Source: an uncultured Christensenella sp. (lineage in GTDB: Bacteria > Bacillota > Clostridia > Christensenellales > UBA1242). From it: 64,000 nt of DNA. Under the pieces are notes generated by a model. That model saw only the letters and a list, made by a program, of their open reading frames with translations, did no database searches and had not been told where the DNA came from. Within the stretch, counting starts at the first letter, position 1; each line of letters opens with the position of its first letter. The position numbers and the translations under genes are program-made. The stretch spans positions 80,276 to 144,275 of the forward strand of contig CASGDZ010000001.1 in assembly GCA_949300385.1 (NCBI GenBank). Reading direction: 5' to 3'. This document shows positions 8,541 to 18,399 of the stretch, in pieces.

Positions 8541-9620
8541 ATGACAATTGATGATAAAAATATAATTTGGTTAGATTTATTCCCATTTATCACATATCAA
8601 AAGAAGGTTAAGATTCTTGAAATGTTTTCGCGAGGCGAAGATATCAAGCAGTCTTTTTCATCAAAACCTCAAATTCATGAAATGCTAACTGATATTGAAT
8701 ATAATAAGATGTTGTCAATGCGTGATGATATACGATTAAATCAGCGCATTGAAAAATATTTATCGGATGGAATAATACCTATTACAATTCACGATGACAG
8801 ATATCCTAGTATGTTGCGCGAGATTTCTTCGCCGCCATTGTGTTTGTATTGTAAAGGGAATTTGCAACTATTAAATAGTGAATGTATTGCAATAGTAGGT
8901 TCACGAAAATTGACTGATTACGGCGTTGTAACTACTAAGCAATATGCGTCTGCATTTAGTGAGTGCGATTTAACAATAGTTTCTGGATTAGCAGTAGGAG
9001 TGGATACAATTGCGCATAAAACTGCCATAGAACACAGCGGTAAAACTATTGCGGTATTAGCAGGCGGGCTATATAACATATATCCAGCAATCAATATCTC
9101 ACTAGCAAACAAATTATGTGAGAACAATCTAATAATTAGCGAAAATTGTCCTACAACTCCGCCACTAAGTTATCTTTTTCCTATACGAAATAGAATTATA
9201 GCAGGACTTTCGCGAGCAGTCGTCGTTACAGAAGCCGCAGAAAAGAGCGGATCTATTAAAACAGCGAGGTTTGCTTCTGAGTTTAATAGAGAAGTTTTTG
9301 CAATACCAGGTAAAATTAATTCGCCATTATCAAAGGGTACAAATTCACTAATTAAATCTTTAATTGCAAACATAACACTCTCACCAGATGATGTTTTAGA
9401 TAGTCTCAACATAAAAAAAGAAAATTCTGAAAATCCTACTCGTCAACTTGACATTAAAGAACAATTTGTATTAAATTATATTCGTACTGAGAAAAAGACT
9501 TTCCAAGAAATTGCAGATTATACTGAGATGTCAGCACGCGAATTGAACACTATTCTTATGGGTTTAGAAATGGTGGGTCTAGTAACAAAACTTGCCAATA
9601 ATAGTTATATAATGTCTTAA
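8541..9620 (+). CDS. dprA: DNA processing protein DprA (Smf)
   Basis: Rossmann-like DprA core (IAIVGSRK…SGLAVGVDTIAHK…FPIRNRIIAGLS) plus a C-terminal winged-helix tail. Confidence 0.9.
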   Translation: MTIDDKNIIWLDLFPFITYQKKVKILEMFSRGEDIKQSFSSKPQIHEMLTDIEYNKMLSMRDDIRLNQRIEKYLSDGIIPITIHDDRYPSMLREISSPPLCLYCKGNLQLLNSECIAIVGSRKLTDYGVVTTKQYASAFSECDLTIVSGLAVGVDTIAHKTAIEHSGKTIAVLAGGLYNIYPAINISLANKLCENNLIISENCPTTPPLSYLFPIRNRIIAGLSRAVVVTEAAEKSGSIKTARFASEFNREVFAIPGKINSPLSKGTNSLIKSLIANITLSPDDVLDSLNIKKENSENPTRQLDIKEQFVLNYIRTEKKTFQEIADYTEMSARELNTILMGLEMVGLVTKLANNSYIMS

Positions 9621-9647
9621 TCGATATTATATTTGCATAGGAGATTT

Positions 9648-11723
9648 ATGAAATTAGTTTTAATAGAAGGACCAGGTAAACAAGAAGCAATAAAAAAATA
9701 TTTAGGCGCAAATTATGTTGTTTTTGCAACAAAAGGTCATGTTAGAGACCTTCCTGAAAAATCATTTGGAATAGATTTAGAGAATAATTTTGAACCTAAA
9801 TATGAGATCATACCGAATAAAAAATCTACAGTAGAACAATTAAAAAAGTTAGCGAGTCAAGCAGAAGCAATCTATCTTGCGTCCGACCCGGATAGAGAGG
9901 GAGAAGCCATCTCTTGGCATATTGCTGAAATTTTAGGACTGAATAAAGATGCGTTGGTTCGTACAGCCTTTAATGAAATTAGTAAAAAAGCAGTAAATGA
10001 AAGTATATCGCATCCACGAGCAATAGATTATAATCTAGTAGACGCGCAACAAGGCAGACGTGTACTAGATAGAATAGTGGGATATAAATTAAGTCCATTA
10101 TTATCTAAAAAAATTCATGGTAAACTTAGTGCTGGTAGAGTTCAATCTGTTACTTTAAAACTTATTGTCGATAGGGAACGCACTATCCAAAACTTTGTTC
10201 CTGTTGAATATTGGAATATATCGGCTGAATTAAGTAAAAATGGACAAAAATTTAAATCAGATTTAGCGCTATATAAAGGCAAAAAAATCGAGATATCAAA
10301 TAAAGAGCAAGTAGATAATATACTTTCTTATATTGAAAATGCGGACTACAAAGTATCACAAGTAAAAAGGCAAGTGTCATACTCAAAACCGCCAGCGCCA
10401 TACATTACTACAACTTTACAACAAGACGCTATTAAAAAATTGAAAATGACTTTGAATTCATATACAAAGTGCGCGCAAACATTATATGAAGGGGTACAAA
10501 TTGCAGGAGAAGGCAAAACCGCGTTAGTAACATATATTCGTACCGATTCAACGCGTGTAAGTTTAGACGCGCAATTCATGGCAAAAGAGTATATTTTAGA
10601 AAATTATGGTAGCGAGTATCACCCAGGAAAATTCAACGAATTTTCAACAAAAGAGAGTGCACAAGACGCGCACGAAGCAATACGACCTATTAGCTTGAAA
10701 TATACTCCAGAATTTTTAAAAGGTAAAATAGAAGATCAATATCTTAAACTATATACACTTATATTTAAGCGATTTATAGCGAGCCAAATGAGTTATGCTA
10801 AATATGATACTTTGTCTGTAGACATAATAGCAGGAGAAGATTATACTTTCCGTTCGAGTGGAAGAGCATTGATATTTGATGGATATACCCGAGTATTAAA
10901 ACCACAAGATGATGAGAAGAGTGGCATAAATATACCAGACTTAATAGAGGGTGAGATTGTCCAAAAAGAAAAGATAAATACTGAGCAAAAATATACTAAA
11001 CCGCCAGTTCGATTTGACCAAGCGAGTATAGTTCACGAAATGGAAGTTCAGGCTATAGGTAGACCCTCAACAACCGCTTCTACAATAATGACATTATTTA
11101 ATAGAGAATATATCGCTACAGAGAAAAAATCAATTGTACCTACCGAATTAGGATTCCAAGTGACCGAATATTTGGAAGAATATTTTAAGAATGTTATGAA
11201 TGTAAAATTTACTGCTGAGATGGAAAAACAATTAGACGAAATCGCTGAAGGCAAGAAACATTGGCAAGATACAGTTGAAGAATTTTATGATACATTCGAA
11301 AAACAATTAAACTACGCTAGTGAGCAGATGGGGGTAAATGTACCTAAATCTGCACCTGAACCTAGCGATATAAAATGTGAAAAATGTGGTGCGATGATGG
11401 TGTACCGCGAAGGTAAGTTTGGCAAATTTCTTGCTTGTTCTAACTTCCCACAATGTAGGAATACTAAAAATATAAACGAAAACAATGTTACAGAAACGGG
11501 AGTTTGTCCAAAATGCGGTGGTGTAGTAAGCGCAAAATATTCGAAAAAGGGTAAATTATTCTTTGGTTGTGATAACTATCCAAAATGTGATTATATATCA
11601 TGGGATTTGCCTATAGAAGAAAAATGTCCTTTTTGTGGCAATAATCTATTTAAGAAATTCGGCCCAAAAGGCAAAATATCAATTCTATGCAATAACAAGG
11701 GTTGTACATATGTTAAAGATTAA
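9648..11723 (+). CDS. topA: DNA topoisomerase I
   Basis: TOPRIM start (MKLVLIEGPGK…DPDREGE), catalytic region (YIRTDS), and three to four C-terminal CxxC zinc ribbons. ATG 9648 with a TAGGAGA RBS. Confidence 0.95.
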   Translation: MKLVLIEGPGKQEAIKKYLGANYVVFATKGHVRDLPEKSFGIDLENNFEPKYEIIPNKKSTVEQLKKLASQAEAIYLASDPDREGEAISWHIAEILGLNKDALVRTAFNEISKKAVNESISHPRAIDYNLVDAQQGRRVLDRIVGYKLSPLLSKKIHGKLSAGRVQSVTLKLIVDRERTIQNFVPVEYWNISAELSKNGQKFKSDLALYKGKKIEISNKEQVDNILSYIENADYKVSQVKRQVSYSKPPAPYITTTLQQDAIKKLKMTLNSYTKCAQTLYEGVQIAGEGKTALVTYIRTDSTRVSLDAQFMAKEYILENYGSEYHPGKFNEFSTKESAQDAHEAIRPISLKYTPEFLKGKIEDQYLKLYTLIFKRFIASQMSYAKYDTLSVDIIAGEDYTFRSSGRALIFDGYTRVLKPQDDEKSGINIPDLIEGEIVQKEKINTEQKYTKPPVRFDQASIVHEMEVQAIGRPSTTASTIMTLFNREYIATEKKSIVPTELGFQVTEYLEEYFKNVMNVKFTAEMEKQLDEIAEGKKHWQDTVEEFYDTFEKQLNYASEQMGVNVPKSAPEPSDIKCEKCGAMMVYREGKFGKFLACSNFPQCRNTKNINENNVTETGVCPKCGGVVSAKYSKKGKLFFGCDNYPKCDYISWDLPIEEKCPFCGNNLFKKFGPKGKISILCNNKGCTYVKD

Positions 11724-13014
11724 TATAATAGGAGCAGGTTTAGCAGGTAGTGAGTGTGCGATATACTTGGCAAATCATGGTTATATAGTCAATCTATATG
11801 ATATAAAGGGAATGAGCCTAACTCCTGCACACCATAGCACTAATTATGCAGAAATTGTTTGCAGTAATTCATTAAAAAGCGATGACGATACTACTGCATC
11901 TGGTGTATTTAAAAGAGAACTCACACTATTAGGAAGCGCACTTTTAAAAACAGCCTATGAAGTAAGAGTCCCAGCAGGACAAGCATTAGCGGTAGATAGA
12001 GAAGAATTTTCAAATAAAATCACTCAATTAATAAAATCAAATAAAAATATCATTTTGCATACTGAAGAAGTAGATTCTTTTGTAGCAAACGCAATAACGA
12101 TTGTCGCAACAGGACCATTGACAACGGATAAAATGTGTAACGCTTTAAAAGACAAAATTGGACAAGATTTTCTATATTTCTACGATGCAGCAGCTCCAAT
12201 AATTAGTGCAGAAAGCATAGACATGAATAAGGCATTTTATGCTTCAAGATATGACAAGGGAGAAGCAGATTATCTTAATTGTCCTATGGAGAAGGACGAA
12301 TATCTAAAATTTTACAATGAGTTGATTAATGCCAAGACTATTGAATTACATTCGTTTGAAAAAAATAACATTTTCGAAAGTTGTATGCCGATAGAGATAT
12401 TAGCAAAACGCGGAACAGACACTATCAGATTTGGACCATTAAAACCGGTCGGGATAAAAAATCCGCATACAGGTACGCGTCCATATGCCGTAGTTCAGTT
12501 GAGAAAAGAAAATAATTATGCTACAATGTACAATATAGTAGGATTTCAAACAAATCTAACTTTTGGCGAGCAACAACGGGTTTTCAGACTTATTCCAGGT
12601 CTTGAAAATGCCGAATTTTTAAGATATGGAGTCATGCATACAAATCATTACATAAATTTTCCAAAAGTCTTAGACAAGTATTCAAGATTAAAAATTGACA
12701 ATAATATATACATTGCTGGTCAATTGTCAGGCGTGGAAGGATATGTCGAGAGTATTGCTAGTGGACTATATTGCGCTATTAATGTTATTAGACAATTAGA
12801 AGGAAACGAATTAATTAGTTTTAGTGCAGACACAATAATTGGAGGTTTATACAATTATTTAGAAAATGCAAATGAAATAAATTTTCAACCTATAAATGCT
12901 AATTTTGGAATATTAAATCCTATAAATGAGCGCGATAAAACAAAACGAAATATTATGTATCGAGACAGATCATTAACTGAAATAAATAAGATAATAGAAA
13001 AAATTAAGGAGTAA
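11710..13014 (+). CDS. trmFO: Methylenetetrahydrofolate-tRNA-(uracil-5)-methyltransferase TrmFO (Gid)
   Basis: FAD fold IIGAGLAGSE plus conserved TrmFO blocks (VCSNSLK, FFYDAAAPI-like, GFQTNL). Sits in the topA-trmFO-hslVU synteny. Start taken as ATG 11710. Confidence 0.92.
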   Translation: MLKINIIGAGLAGSECAIYLANHGYIVNLYDIKGMSLTPAHHSTNYAEIVCSNSLKSDDDTTASGVFKRELTLLGSALLKTAYEVRVPAGQALAVDREEFSNKITQLIKSNKNIILHTEEVDSFVANAITIVATGPLTTDKMCNALKDKIGQDFLYFYDAAAPIISAESIDMNKAFYASRYDKGEADYLNCPMEKDEYLKFYNELINAKTIELHSFEKNNIFESCMPIEILAKRGTDTIRFGPLKPVGIKNPHTGTRPYAVVQLRKENNYATMYNIVGFQTNLTFGEQQRVFRLIPGLENAEFLRYGVMHTNHYINFPKVLDKYSRLKIDNNIYIAGQLSGVEGYVESIASGLYCAINVIRQLEGNELISFSADTIIGGLYNYLENANEINFQPINANFGILNPINERDKTKRNIMYRDRSLTEINKIIEKIKE

Positions 13015-13016
13015 AC

Positions 13017-13553
13017 ATGGAACAATTTAGAGGCACAACCATTGTGGCAGTAAAAAGAAATGGAAAAACAGTTATTGCAGGAGACGGACAAGTTACATTA
13101 GGAGAAAAAATCGTTTTAAAAGGCACTGCACACAAAGTTCGCAGACTTTATAACGGCAAAGTTATAGTTGGATTTGCAGGCGGTACAGCGGACGCATTTG
13201 CTATGTTCGAAGAATTTGAAAAAATGCTCAATAAATATAGTGGAAGTCTAATGCGTAGTTCAGTTGAGTATGCTAAAACATTGCGCAATGGTGGCGGACA
13301 TAATGAATCAGGGGCTATCATGATAGTTGCTGATAAAGATACACTTTTAATGTTGACAAGCATTGGCGATGTAGTAGAACCAGATGACGGAATATGTGCT
13401 ACAGGTAGTGGCGGGTTCTATGCTTTATCTGCTGCTAAAGCATTAATGAGAAACACTGATTTGGACGCACGTACTATTGCTCTGCAATCTATGGAAATCG
13501 CAAGTGATATTTGTATTTTTACAAATAAAAACTTTGTTGTGGAGGAGGTGTAA
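13017..13553 (+). CDS. hslV: ATP-dependent protease subunit HslV (ClpQ)
   Basis: GTTIVAVKRNG…GDGQVT N-terminal nucleophile region and a GSGG motif. Confidence 0.93.
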   Translation: MEQFRGTTIVAVKRNGKTVIAGDGQVTLGEKIVLKGTAHKVRRLYNGKVIVGFAGGTADAFAMFEEFEKMLNKYSGSLMRSSVEYAKTLRNGGGHNESGAIMIVADKDTLLMLTSIGDVVEPDDGICATGSGGFYALSAAKALMRNTDLDARTIALQSMEIASDICIFTNKNFVVEEV

Positions 13554-13554
13554 T

Positions 13555-14871
13555 ATGTCAAATGTTATGTCATGTAAAGAGATAGTTAAAAATTTAGACA
13601 ATTTTATAATAGGTCAATCTAAGGCAAAACGCGCAGTCGCTATTGCACTTAGAAATAGATATCGTAGAAGTCATTTGCCTAAAGAAATTAGCGACGAAAT
13701 CACTCCTAAAAATATAATTTTAAAAGGGCCTACCGGAGTTGGCAAGACAGAAATTGCACGCAGACTTGCAAAACTTGTTAATGCGCCTTTCGTTAAAGTC
13801 GAAGCAACAAAGTATACTGAAGTAGGTTATGTTGGTCGCGATGTTGAAAGCATGATTAGAGATTTGGTTGAATCGGCTGTTCGTATTGTCCACGACGAAC
13901 AAATATCAAAAGTTATGGATAAAGCAACAATTATCGTTGATAAAAAAATTACTGACGCGCTCTATCCTTTAAAGAAAATGAATAAGCCTGAGGATATGGA
14001 TACTGAACTATTTAGAAATCAATTTTATGAAGACTACAAGGCTAAAAAATTCGAAAAGGATATTATTGATATAGATGTTAAAGAGCAACCAAAATCAATG
14101 AATCTTCTAGACGGAGTTGGTGCTGAAATTAACATTGGGCAAATTATGGGTGGTATTATCAAAGCACCTAGAAAAATGAAGAAAATGTCAGTAGAGCGTG
14201 CTAGACAAATATTACTAGAAGAAGAGTGTGATAAATTAATCGATCAAGATAGTATTAACAAAGAAGCAATTTATCGCGCGGAGCAAGAGGGAATTATCTT
14301 TATCGATGAGATAGATAAAATAGCAGCAAAGAAAAATAATGGACAAGATGTCTCGCGTGAAGGTGTACAACGCGATATTTTGCCAATTGTAGAAGGTAGC
14401 GTTGTTAATACAAAATATGGGGTAGTTCATACTGATTATATACTATTTATTGCTGCGGGAGCATTCCATATATCAAGTGTTAGCGACCTTATTCCAGAAT
14501 TGCAAGGTCGTTTCCCTATTCAAGTGGAATTAGACAGCCTTAATAAAGAAGATTTCAAAAAAATATTAACCGTTCCTCAAAACGCAATAACAACTCAATA
14601 TCAAAAATTGCTTTCAGTAGACAATGTTGAATTAGAATTTACAGACGATGCAATTGACGCAATAGCCGAGATAGCAGCTGATGAAAATGAGACAAACGAA
14701 AACATTGGAGCGAGAAGATTGCAGACAATAATGGAAGCACTTTTAGAAGATATATCATTTAATGCTAATGACGATAATCCTGTTGTAAAAGTAAAAATTG
14801 ATAAACCATTTGTTATATCTACTATGGAAAATTTGATTCAATCGCACGATTATAAAAAATACATTATTTAA
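13555..14871 (+). CDS. hslU: ATP-dependent protease ATPase subunit HslU (ClpY)
   Basis: Walker A GPTGVGKTEIARRLA, Walker B IIFIDEIDK, and an I-domain insert. ATG 13555 follows a GGAGGAGG RBS. Track start 13477, which overlaps hslV, was rejected. Confidence 0.95.
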   Translation: MSNVMSCKEIVKNLDNFIIGQSKAKRAVAIALRNRYRRSHLPKEISDEITPKNIILKGPTGVGKTEIARRLAKLVNAPFVKVEATKYTEVGYVGRDVESMIRDLVESAVRIVHDEQISKVMDKATIIVDKKITDALYPLKKMNKPEDMDTELFRNQFYEDYKAKKFEKDIIDIDVKEQPKSMNLLDGVGAEINIGQIMGGIIKAPRKMKKMSVERARQILLEEECDKLIDQDSINKEAIYRAEQEGIIFIDEIDKIAAKKNNGQDVSREGVQRDILPIVEGSVVNTKYGVVHTDYILFIAAGAFHISSVSDLIPELQGRFPIQVELDSLNKEDFKKILTVPQNAITTQYQKLLSVDNVELEFTDDAIDAIAEIAADENETNENIGARRLQTIMEALLEDISFNANDDNPVVKVKIDKPFVISTMENLIQSHDYKKYII

Positions 14872-14883
14872 GGAATTAGATTT

Positions 14884-15606
14884 ATGCTTAATAATTTACA
14901 ATACATTGAACGATTTGCTATTATGTTAGATAAAGAACAAATAGAAAATCTGGTAAAAGCAAAAATAATTGTATTTGGTGTTGGTGGCGTTGGTAGTGCT
15001 GTTTGCCATTTCCTAGTGCGCTCAGGCATACAAAATCTGGATATAGTTGATTTTGATAAAATTGATATTACGAATATAAATAGACAACTTGTAGCATACA
15101 ATAACAATATTGGCAAACTAAAAGTAGAAGAACTTAAGACACAATTATTAGACATTAATCCAAACCTTAATATTAAAACATATCCAATTAGATTTTCAAA
15201 GGAAAGCGAAAACAACATACAATTGAAAAATTACGATATAATAATTGATTGCATAGACGATATCAATGCAAAAAAATTACTTATAGAACGATCAAATGAG
15301 TACAATATTTATCTTTTGTCATGTATGGGGGCGGGGAACAGATATCTTGATATACCACGATTTGAAATTACAGATATATCTAAGACGAGTTACGACCCAA
15401 TCGCTAAAATTATAAGGAAATATTGTAGTGAAAATAGAATAAAGAAATTAGATGTTTGTTATACTAAACAAAAGGCAACTAAATTTTCTTGCAACAAAAT
15501 AGGAAGTGTGGTATACTATCCTGTGAATATGGCTACAGTTGTTGTAGCGCATATAATTAACAAAATTGTTTCAAATAAGGAGGAAAATCATGGAACAAGT
15601 AAATAG
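14884..15606 (+). CDS. ThiF/E1-like protein, TcdA (tRNA ct6A dehydratase)-like
   Basis: 240 aa with a nucleotide-binding loop FGVGGVGS. Size and layout match the YgdL/TcdA subgroup of the ThiF family. The assignment is by resemblance only. Confidence 0.7.
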   Translation: MLNNLQYIERFAIMLDKEQIENLVKAKIIVFGVGGVGSAVCHFLVRSGIQNLDIVDFDKIDITNINRQLVAYNNNIGKLKVEELKTQLLDINPNLNIKTYPIRFSKESENNIQLKNYDIIIDCIDDINAKKLLIERSNEYNIYLLSCMGAGNRYLDIPRFEITDISKTSYDPIAKIIRKYCSENRIKKLDVCYTKQKATKFSCNKIGSVVYYPVNMATVVVAHIINKIVSNKEENHGTSK

Positions 15607-15916
15607 TTCAAATTTTGATGATTTCATTAACCAAGATTGTGTTACATTTGTAGACTTTTTTGCGACTTGGTGTATGCCTTGCAAAATGTTTAAACCTATA
15701 TTAGAACATGCGTCTGAGAAAATTAAAGATGTTAAATTTGCAACATTAGATATAGATGAGAGCGAAGATATTGCTAAGCGTTATCGCGTATTTAGCGTAC
15801 CCACACTTGTATGTTTTAAGTCTGGTAAAAAGATTGATAGCATAGTTGGACTTAATCCATATGATGATGTTGTCGATTTCGTCAACAGGTGTAAAAATGC
15901 TGATATAAATGAATAA
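15590..15916 (+). CDS. trxA: Thioredoxin (active site WCMPC)
   Basis: Thioredoxin fold with FFATWCMPCKMF…VPTL. ATG 15590 follows an AAGGAGG RBS. Confidence 0.85.
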   Translation: MEQVNSSNFDDFINQDCVTFVDFFATWCMPCKMFKPILEHASEKIKDVKFATLDIDESEDIAKRYRVFSVPTLVCFKSGKKIDSIVGLNPYDDVVDFVNRCKNADINE

Positions 15917-15940
15917 GAGCGTTAAGCTCTTTTTTATTTT
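15915..15940 (+). terminator. Rho-independent terminator after trx
   Basis: aagagc/gctctt stem around loop gttaa, followed by a T-run. Confidence 0.7.
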
Positions 15941-15967
15941 TTTGCTAAGTAATATCAAAAAACATAC

Positions 15968-15996
15968 TTGACAATATTATATATCAGTGTTATACT
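15968..15996 (+). promoter_or_regulatory. sigma-A-like promoter for nifS
   Basis: TTGACA (15968-15973), 17 nt spacer, TATACT (15991-15996), with TG at 15988-15989. Confidence 0.6.
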
Positions 15997-16015
15997 CTCG
16001 TTAGGAGAAAATTTT

Positions 16016-17212
16016 ATGGAGAGAATATATTTAGACAATGCAGCGACAACTTCTCTAAGCCCAGAAGTATTAAATGCAATGATGCCTGCTTTGACATCAG
16101 TTTATGGCAATTCTGCTTCGATTCATTCTTTTGGAAGAGAAGCGTCTAATCTTATTGATGAGAGTCGTGATGTAATTGCAAAAACAATCAATTCTAAATC
16201 AAACGAAATATATTTTACATCAAGCGGAAGTGAAGCAAATTCAATGGCAATAGTTGGTATTGCTAATGCAAATCGTAGTCGCGGAAATCATATTATTACA
16301 AGCAAAATAGAGCATGAATCTATCTTAAACGCATGTAAATATTTAGAGAATAATGGTTTTAAAGTGACATATCTTGATGTCGATCAAAATGGCATGATTA
16401 ATTTTACCGAATTATTACATGCTATTAATCCTAGTACCATACTTATTTCAATAATGGCAGCAAACAATGAACTTGGATCAATTCAATTCATTAAGGCAAT
16501 AGCTCAAACTGCTCACGAGAAAGGTATCCCTTTCCATACAGACGCCGTTCAACTTTATGGACATATGGATATAGATGTAGTAGATATGGGAATCGACGCC
16601 ATGACAATATCTGGTCATAAAATATATGGACCAAAAGGTTCTGCGGCATTGTATGTTAGTAATAATGTTAAAATTGACCCTATCATATTTGGAGGAAATC
16701 AAGAACGCAGCAAGCGTGGTGGTACATGTAATACAGCAGGGATTGTTGGATTGGCTAAAGCGTGCGAAATTGCAACACGCGATATGAGAAGCAACAATCA
16801 TAAATTACGCCTTCTAAGTGATTATTTTACCACAAAATTAACCCAAGAAGTTGAGCATGTAAAAATTAATGCGAATATTCGCCAAAAACTTCCACAAATT
16901 ATATCCGTTACATTTGTAGGTGTAGACGGAGAAAGTTTGGTTACTAAACTAGATATGAATGGAGTGGCAGTATCTACCGGTAGTGCATGCACTAGCAATA
17001 GTCTTTCCGTTTCGCATGTCATGACAGCAATCGGACTAACAAATGACAATGCTCGTAGTACTATTCGCTTTAGTTTAGGTAAAAACAATTCATATGAAGA
17101 ACTAGACTCTGCTATTGCAACAATTAAACAGGCAGTTGAAGAATTAAGAGAATATTCTTCTACCTATGGAGCAAAGATTCGCAAGAGAAAGGGGGATAAT
17201 GATGTACAATAA
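16016..17212 (+). CDS. Cysteine desulfurase (NifS/IscS class I)
   Basis: MERIYLDNAATT start, PLP-Lys region (SGHKIYGPKG) and active-site Cys loop (STGSACTS). Confidence 0.9.
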   Translation: MERIYLDNAATTSLSPEVLNAMMPALTSVYGNSASIHSFGREASNLIDESRDVIAKTINSKSNEIYFTSSGSEANSMAIVGIANANRSRGNHIITSKIEHESILNACKYLENNGFKVTYLDVDQNGMINFTELLHAINPSTILISIMAANNELGSIQFIKAIAQTAHEKGIPFHTDAVQLYGHMDIDVVDMGIDAMTISGHKIYGPKGSAALYVSNNVKIDPIIFGGNQERSKRGGTCNTAGIVGLAKACEIATRDMRSNNHKLRLLSDYFTTKLTQEVEHVKINANIRQKLPQIISVTFVGVDGESLVTKLDMNGVAVSTGSACTSNSLSVSHVMTAIGLTNDNARSTIRFSLGKNNSYEELDSAIATIKQAVEELREYSSTYGAKIRKRKGDNDVQ

Positions 17213-17570
17213 AATAATTATGAATATATTTTCAAACCCTAAAAATTCAGGAAGAATTTCAAAGCCAGATGGTATAGCAGATTTATATAATGCCGAACAG
17301 ACTGCGCATGTTGAGTTTTCGCTACGAATTGAAAGCGGAATTATAATGCAATGTAAGTTTAGAGCACAGGCGAATCCTTATATTACTGCAGTTTGCTCAA
17401 AAATTACAGAAATGGTAACAGGCAGAATGGCTAATATGTTGTATATAGATTCAATGAGTGTTAAAAAGGCACTTGAAGATGAAAGCGATATTGATATAGA
17501 ATTTTGCCTAGATTGCCTTAAAGGTGCAGTGCGCGATTATCAAGAAAAATTGGAAAAAAGTAGCAGATAA
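17199..17570 (+). CDS. IscU/NifU-like protein with degenerate cluster ligands
   Basis: U-type scaffold length and start (…FSNPKNSG…) in the nifS-nifU position. The NPxCGD and GC ligand motifs are replaced (NAEQTAH, AQAN). Only the C-terminal Cys region (EFCLDCL) remains. Confidence 0.65.
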   Translation: MMYNKIIMNIFSNPKNSGRISKPDGIADLYNAEQTAHVEFSLRIESGIIMQCKFRAQANPYITAVCSKITEMVTGRMANMLYIDSMSVKKALEDESDIDIEFCLDCLKGAVRDYQEKLEKSSR

Positions 17571-17629
17571 TAGTTTCATCATTCTACATATTTTTACATT
17601 ATTTGCAGAAAATATGTTAGGAGGCTAAG

Positions 17630-17803
17630 ATGAAAGAATTATTGATTGGAATGGGTCTAGGATTCGTCGTGGGTGCAATCGTCGCTAAAACTAATAAACC
17701 TATCTCTGATACAGTAGAAAAAGGTGTTGAAAAGAGCAAAGAAATTATTGAGGATATCAAAGACGAAGTCCAAGCTCAAACTAAAAAAATGAAAAATAAA
17801 TAA
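17630..17803 (+). CDS. Small YtxH-like membrane-anchored protein (57 aa; not in ORF track)
   Basis: AGGAGG RBS 7 nt upstream. MKELLIGMGLGFVVGAIVAKTNK… gives one TM helix followed by a charged helix. A clean terminator follows. Confidence 0.55.
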   Translation: MKELLIGMGLGFVVGAIVAKTNKPISDTVEKGVEKSKEIIEDIKDEVQAQTKKMKNK

Positions 17804-17817
17804 TCAAAATTTATTAA

Positions 17818-17841
17818 AATCTACCACATGGTAGATTTTTT
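17818..17841 (+). terminator. Rho-independent terminator
   Basis: atctacc/ggtagat stem, loop acat, then T6. Confidence 0.75.
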
Positions 17842-17937
17842 AATATAAAATTAATCATATGTGCAATAATAGATTAAAATAAAATTTTAACTTTATAAAA
17901 TTTATAAATAATTGTTTTAATTTTATTTTAAAATGAT

Positions 17938-17966
17938 TTTACTAAATTTAAACTATATGATATAAT
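17938..17966 (+). promoter_or_regulatory. Promoter of ruvX with leaderless-type geometry
   Basis: TTTACT, 17 nt spacer, TATAAT (17961-17966), 6 nt, ATG 17973. No SD. Confidence 0.45.
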
Positions 17967-17972
17967 CATAAT

Positions 17973-18386
17973 ATGAAGACTATGGGTTTAGATTTTGGAC
18001 TAAAACGCATAGGTATCGCACTTAGCGACGAAACTAAGTTTTTAGCGTCTCCGTATTTAACATATCATAGGAAAGAGGAACAAGCGGACTTAGAATACCT
18101 ATTGTCAATTATTGAAAAAGAGCATGTTGATGAGATTGTTTGTGGACTACCTATGAACATGGCGGGTGAAGAGCAGACTATCGCTAGTCAAACACGCGAA
18201 TTCATGTCCAAACTTTACACACTTTGCAAAATAGAAATAAAATATGAAGATGAGCGATTATCTTCATCTATGGCAGAAGACATTTTAAAAATGCGTGAAA
18301 AAGATTGGAAAAAGCGCAAAAAAAAATTAGATTCAGTCGCGGCTACAATAATACTACAAGATTATTTAGATTCAAAAATTAAATAG
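17973..18386 (+). CDS. ruvX: Putative pre-16S rRNA nuclease / Holliday junction resolvase-like YqgF (RuvX)
   Basis: MGLDFGLKRIGIALSD signature and a C-terminal AATIILQDYL. Confidence 0.9.
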   Translation: MKTMGLDFGLKRIGIALSDETKFLASPYLTYHRKEEQADLEYLLSIIEKEHVDEIVCGLPMNMAGEEQTIASQTREFMSKLYTLCKIEIKYEDERLSSSMAEDILKMREKDWKKRKKKLDSVAATIILQDYLDSKIK

Positions 18387-18399
18387 ATAAGGAGAATTT

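Noticed and set aside
13477-13554. N-terminal extensions proposed by the ORF track: hslU from 13477, trmFO from 11635, topA from 9633, comM from 6971, rbgA from 4308, nifS from 15968, trx from 15566, nusB from 37501, the PPase-like gene from 41552, ygjP from 45012, and rpsT from 46070.
   Set aside because: - Each extension overlaps the upstream gene or spacer and has no RBS.
- In each case a downstream ATG gives the conserved family N-terminus.
- That ATG is usually preceded by a GGAGG-type RBS or a -10 at leaderless distance.
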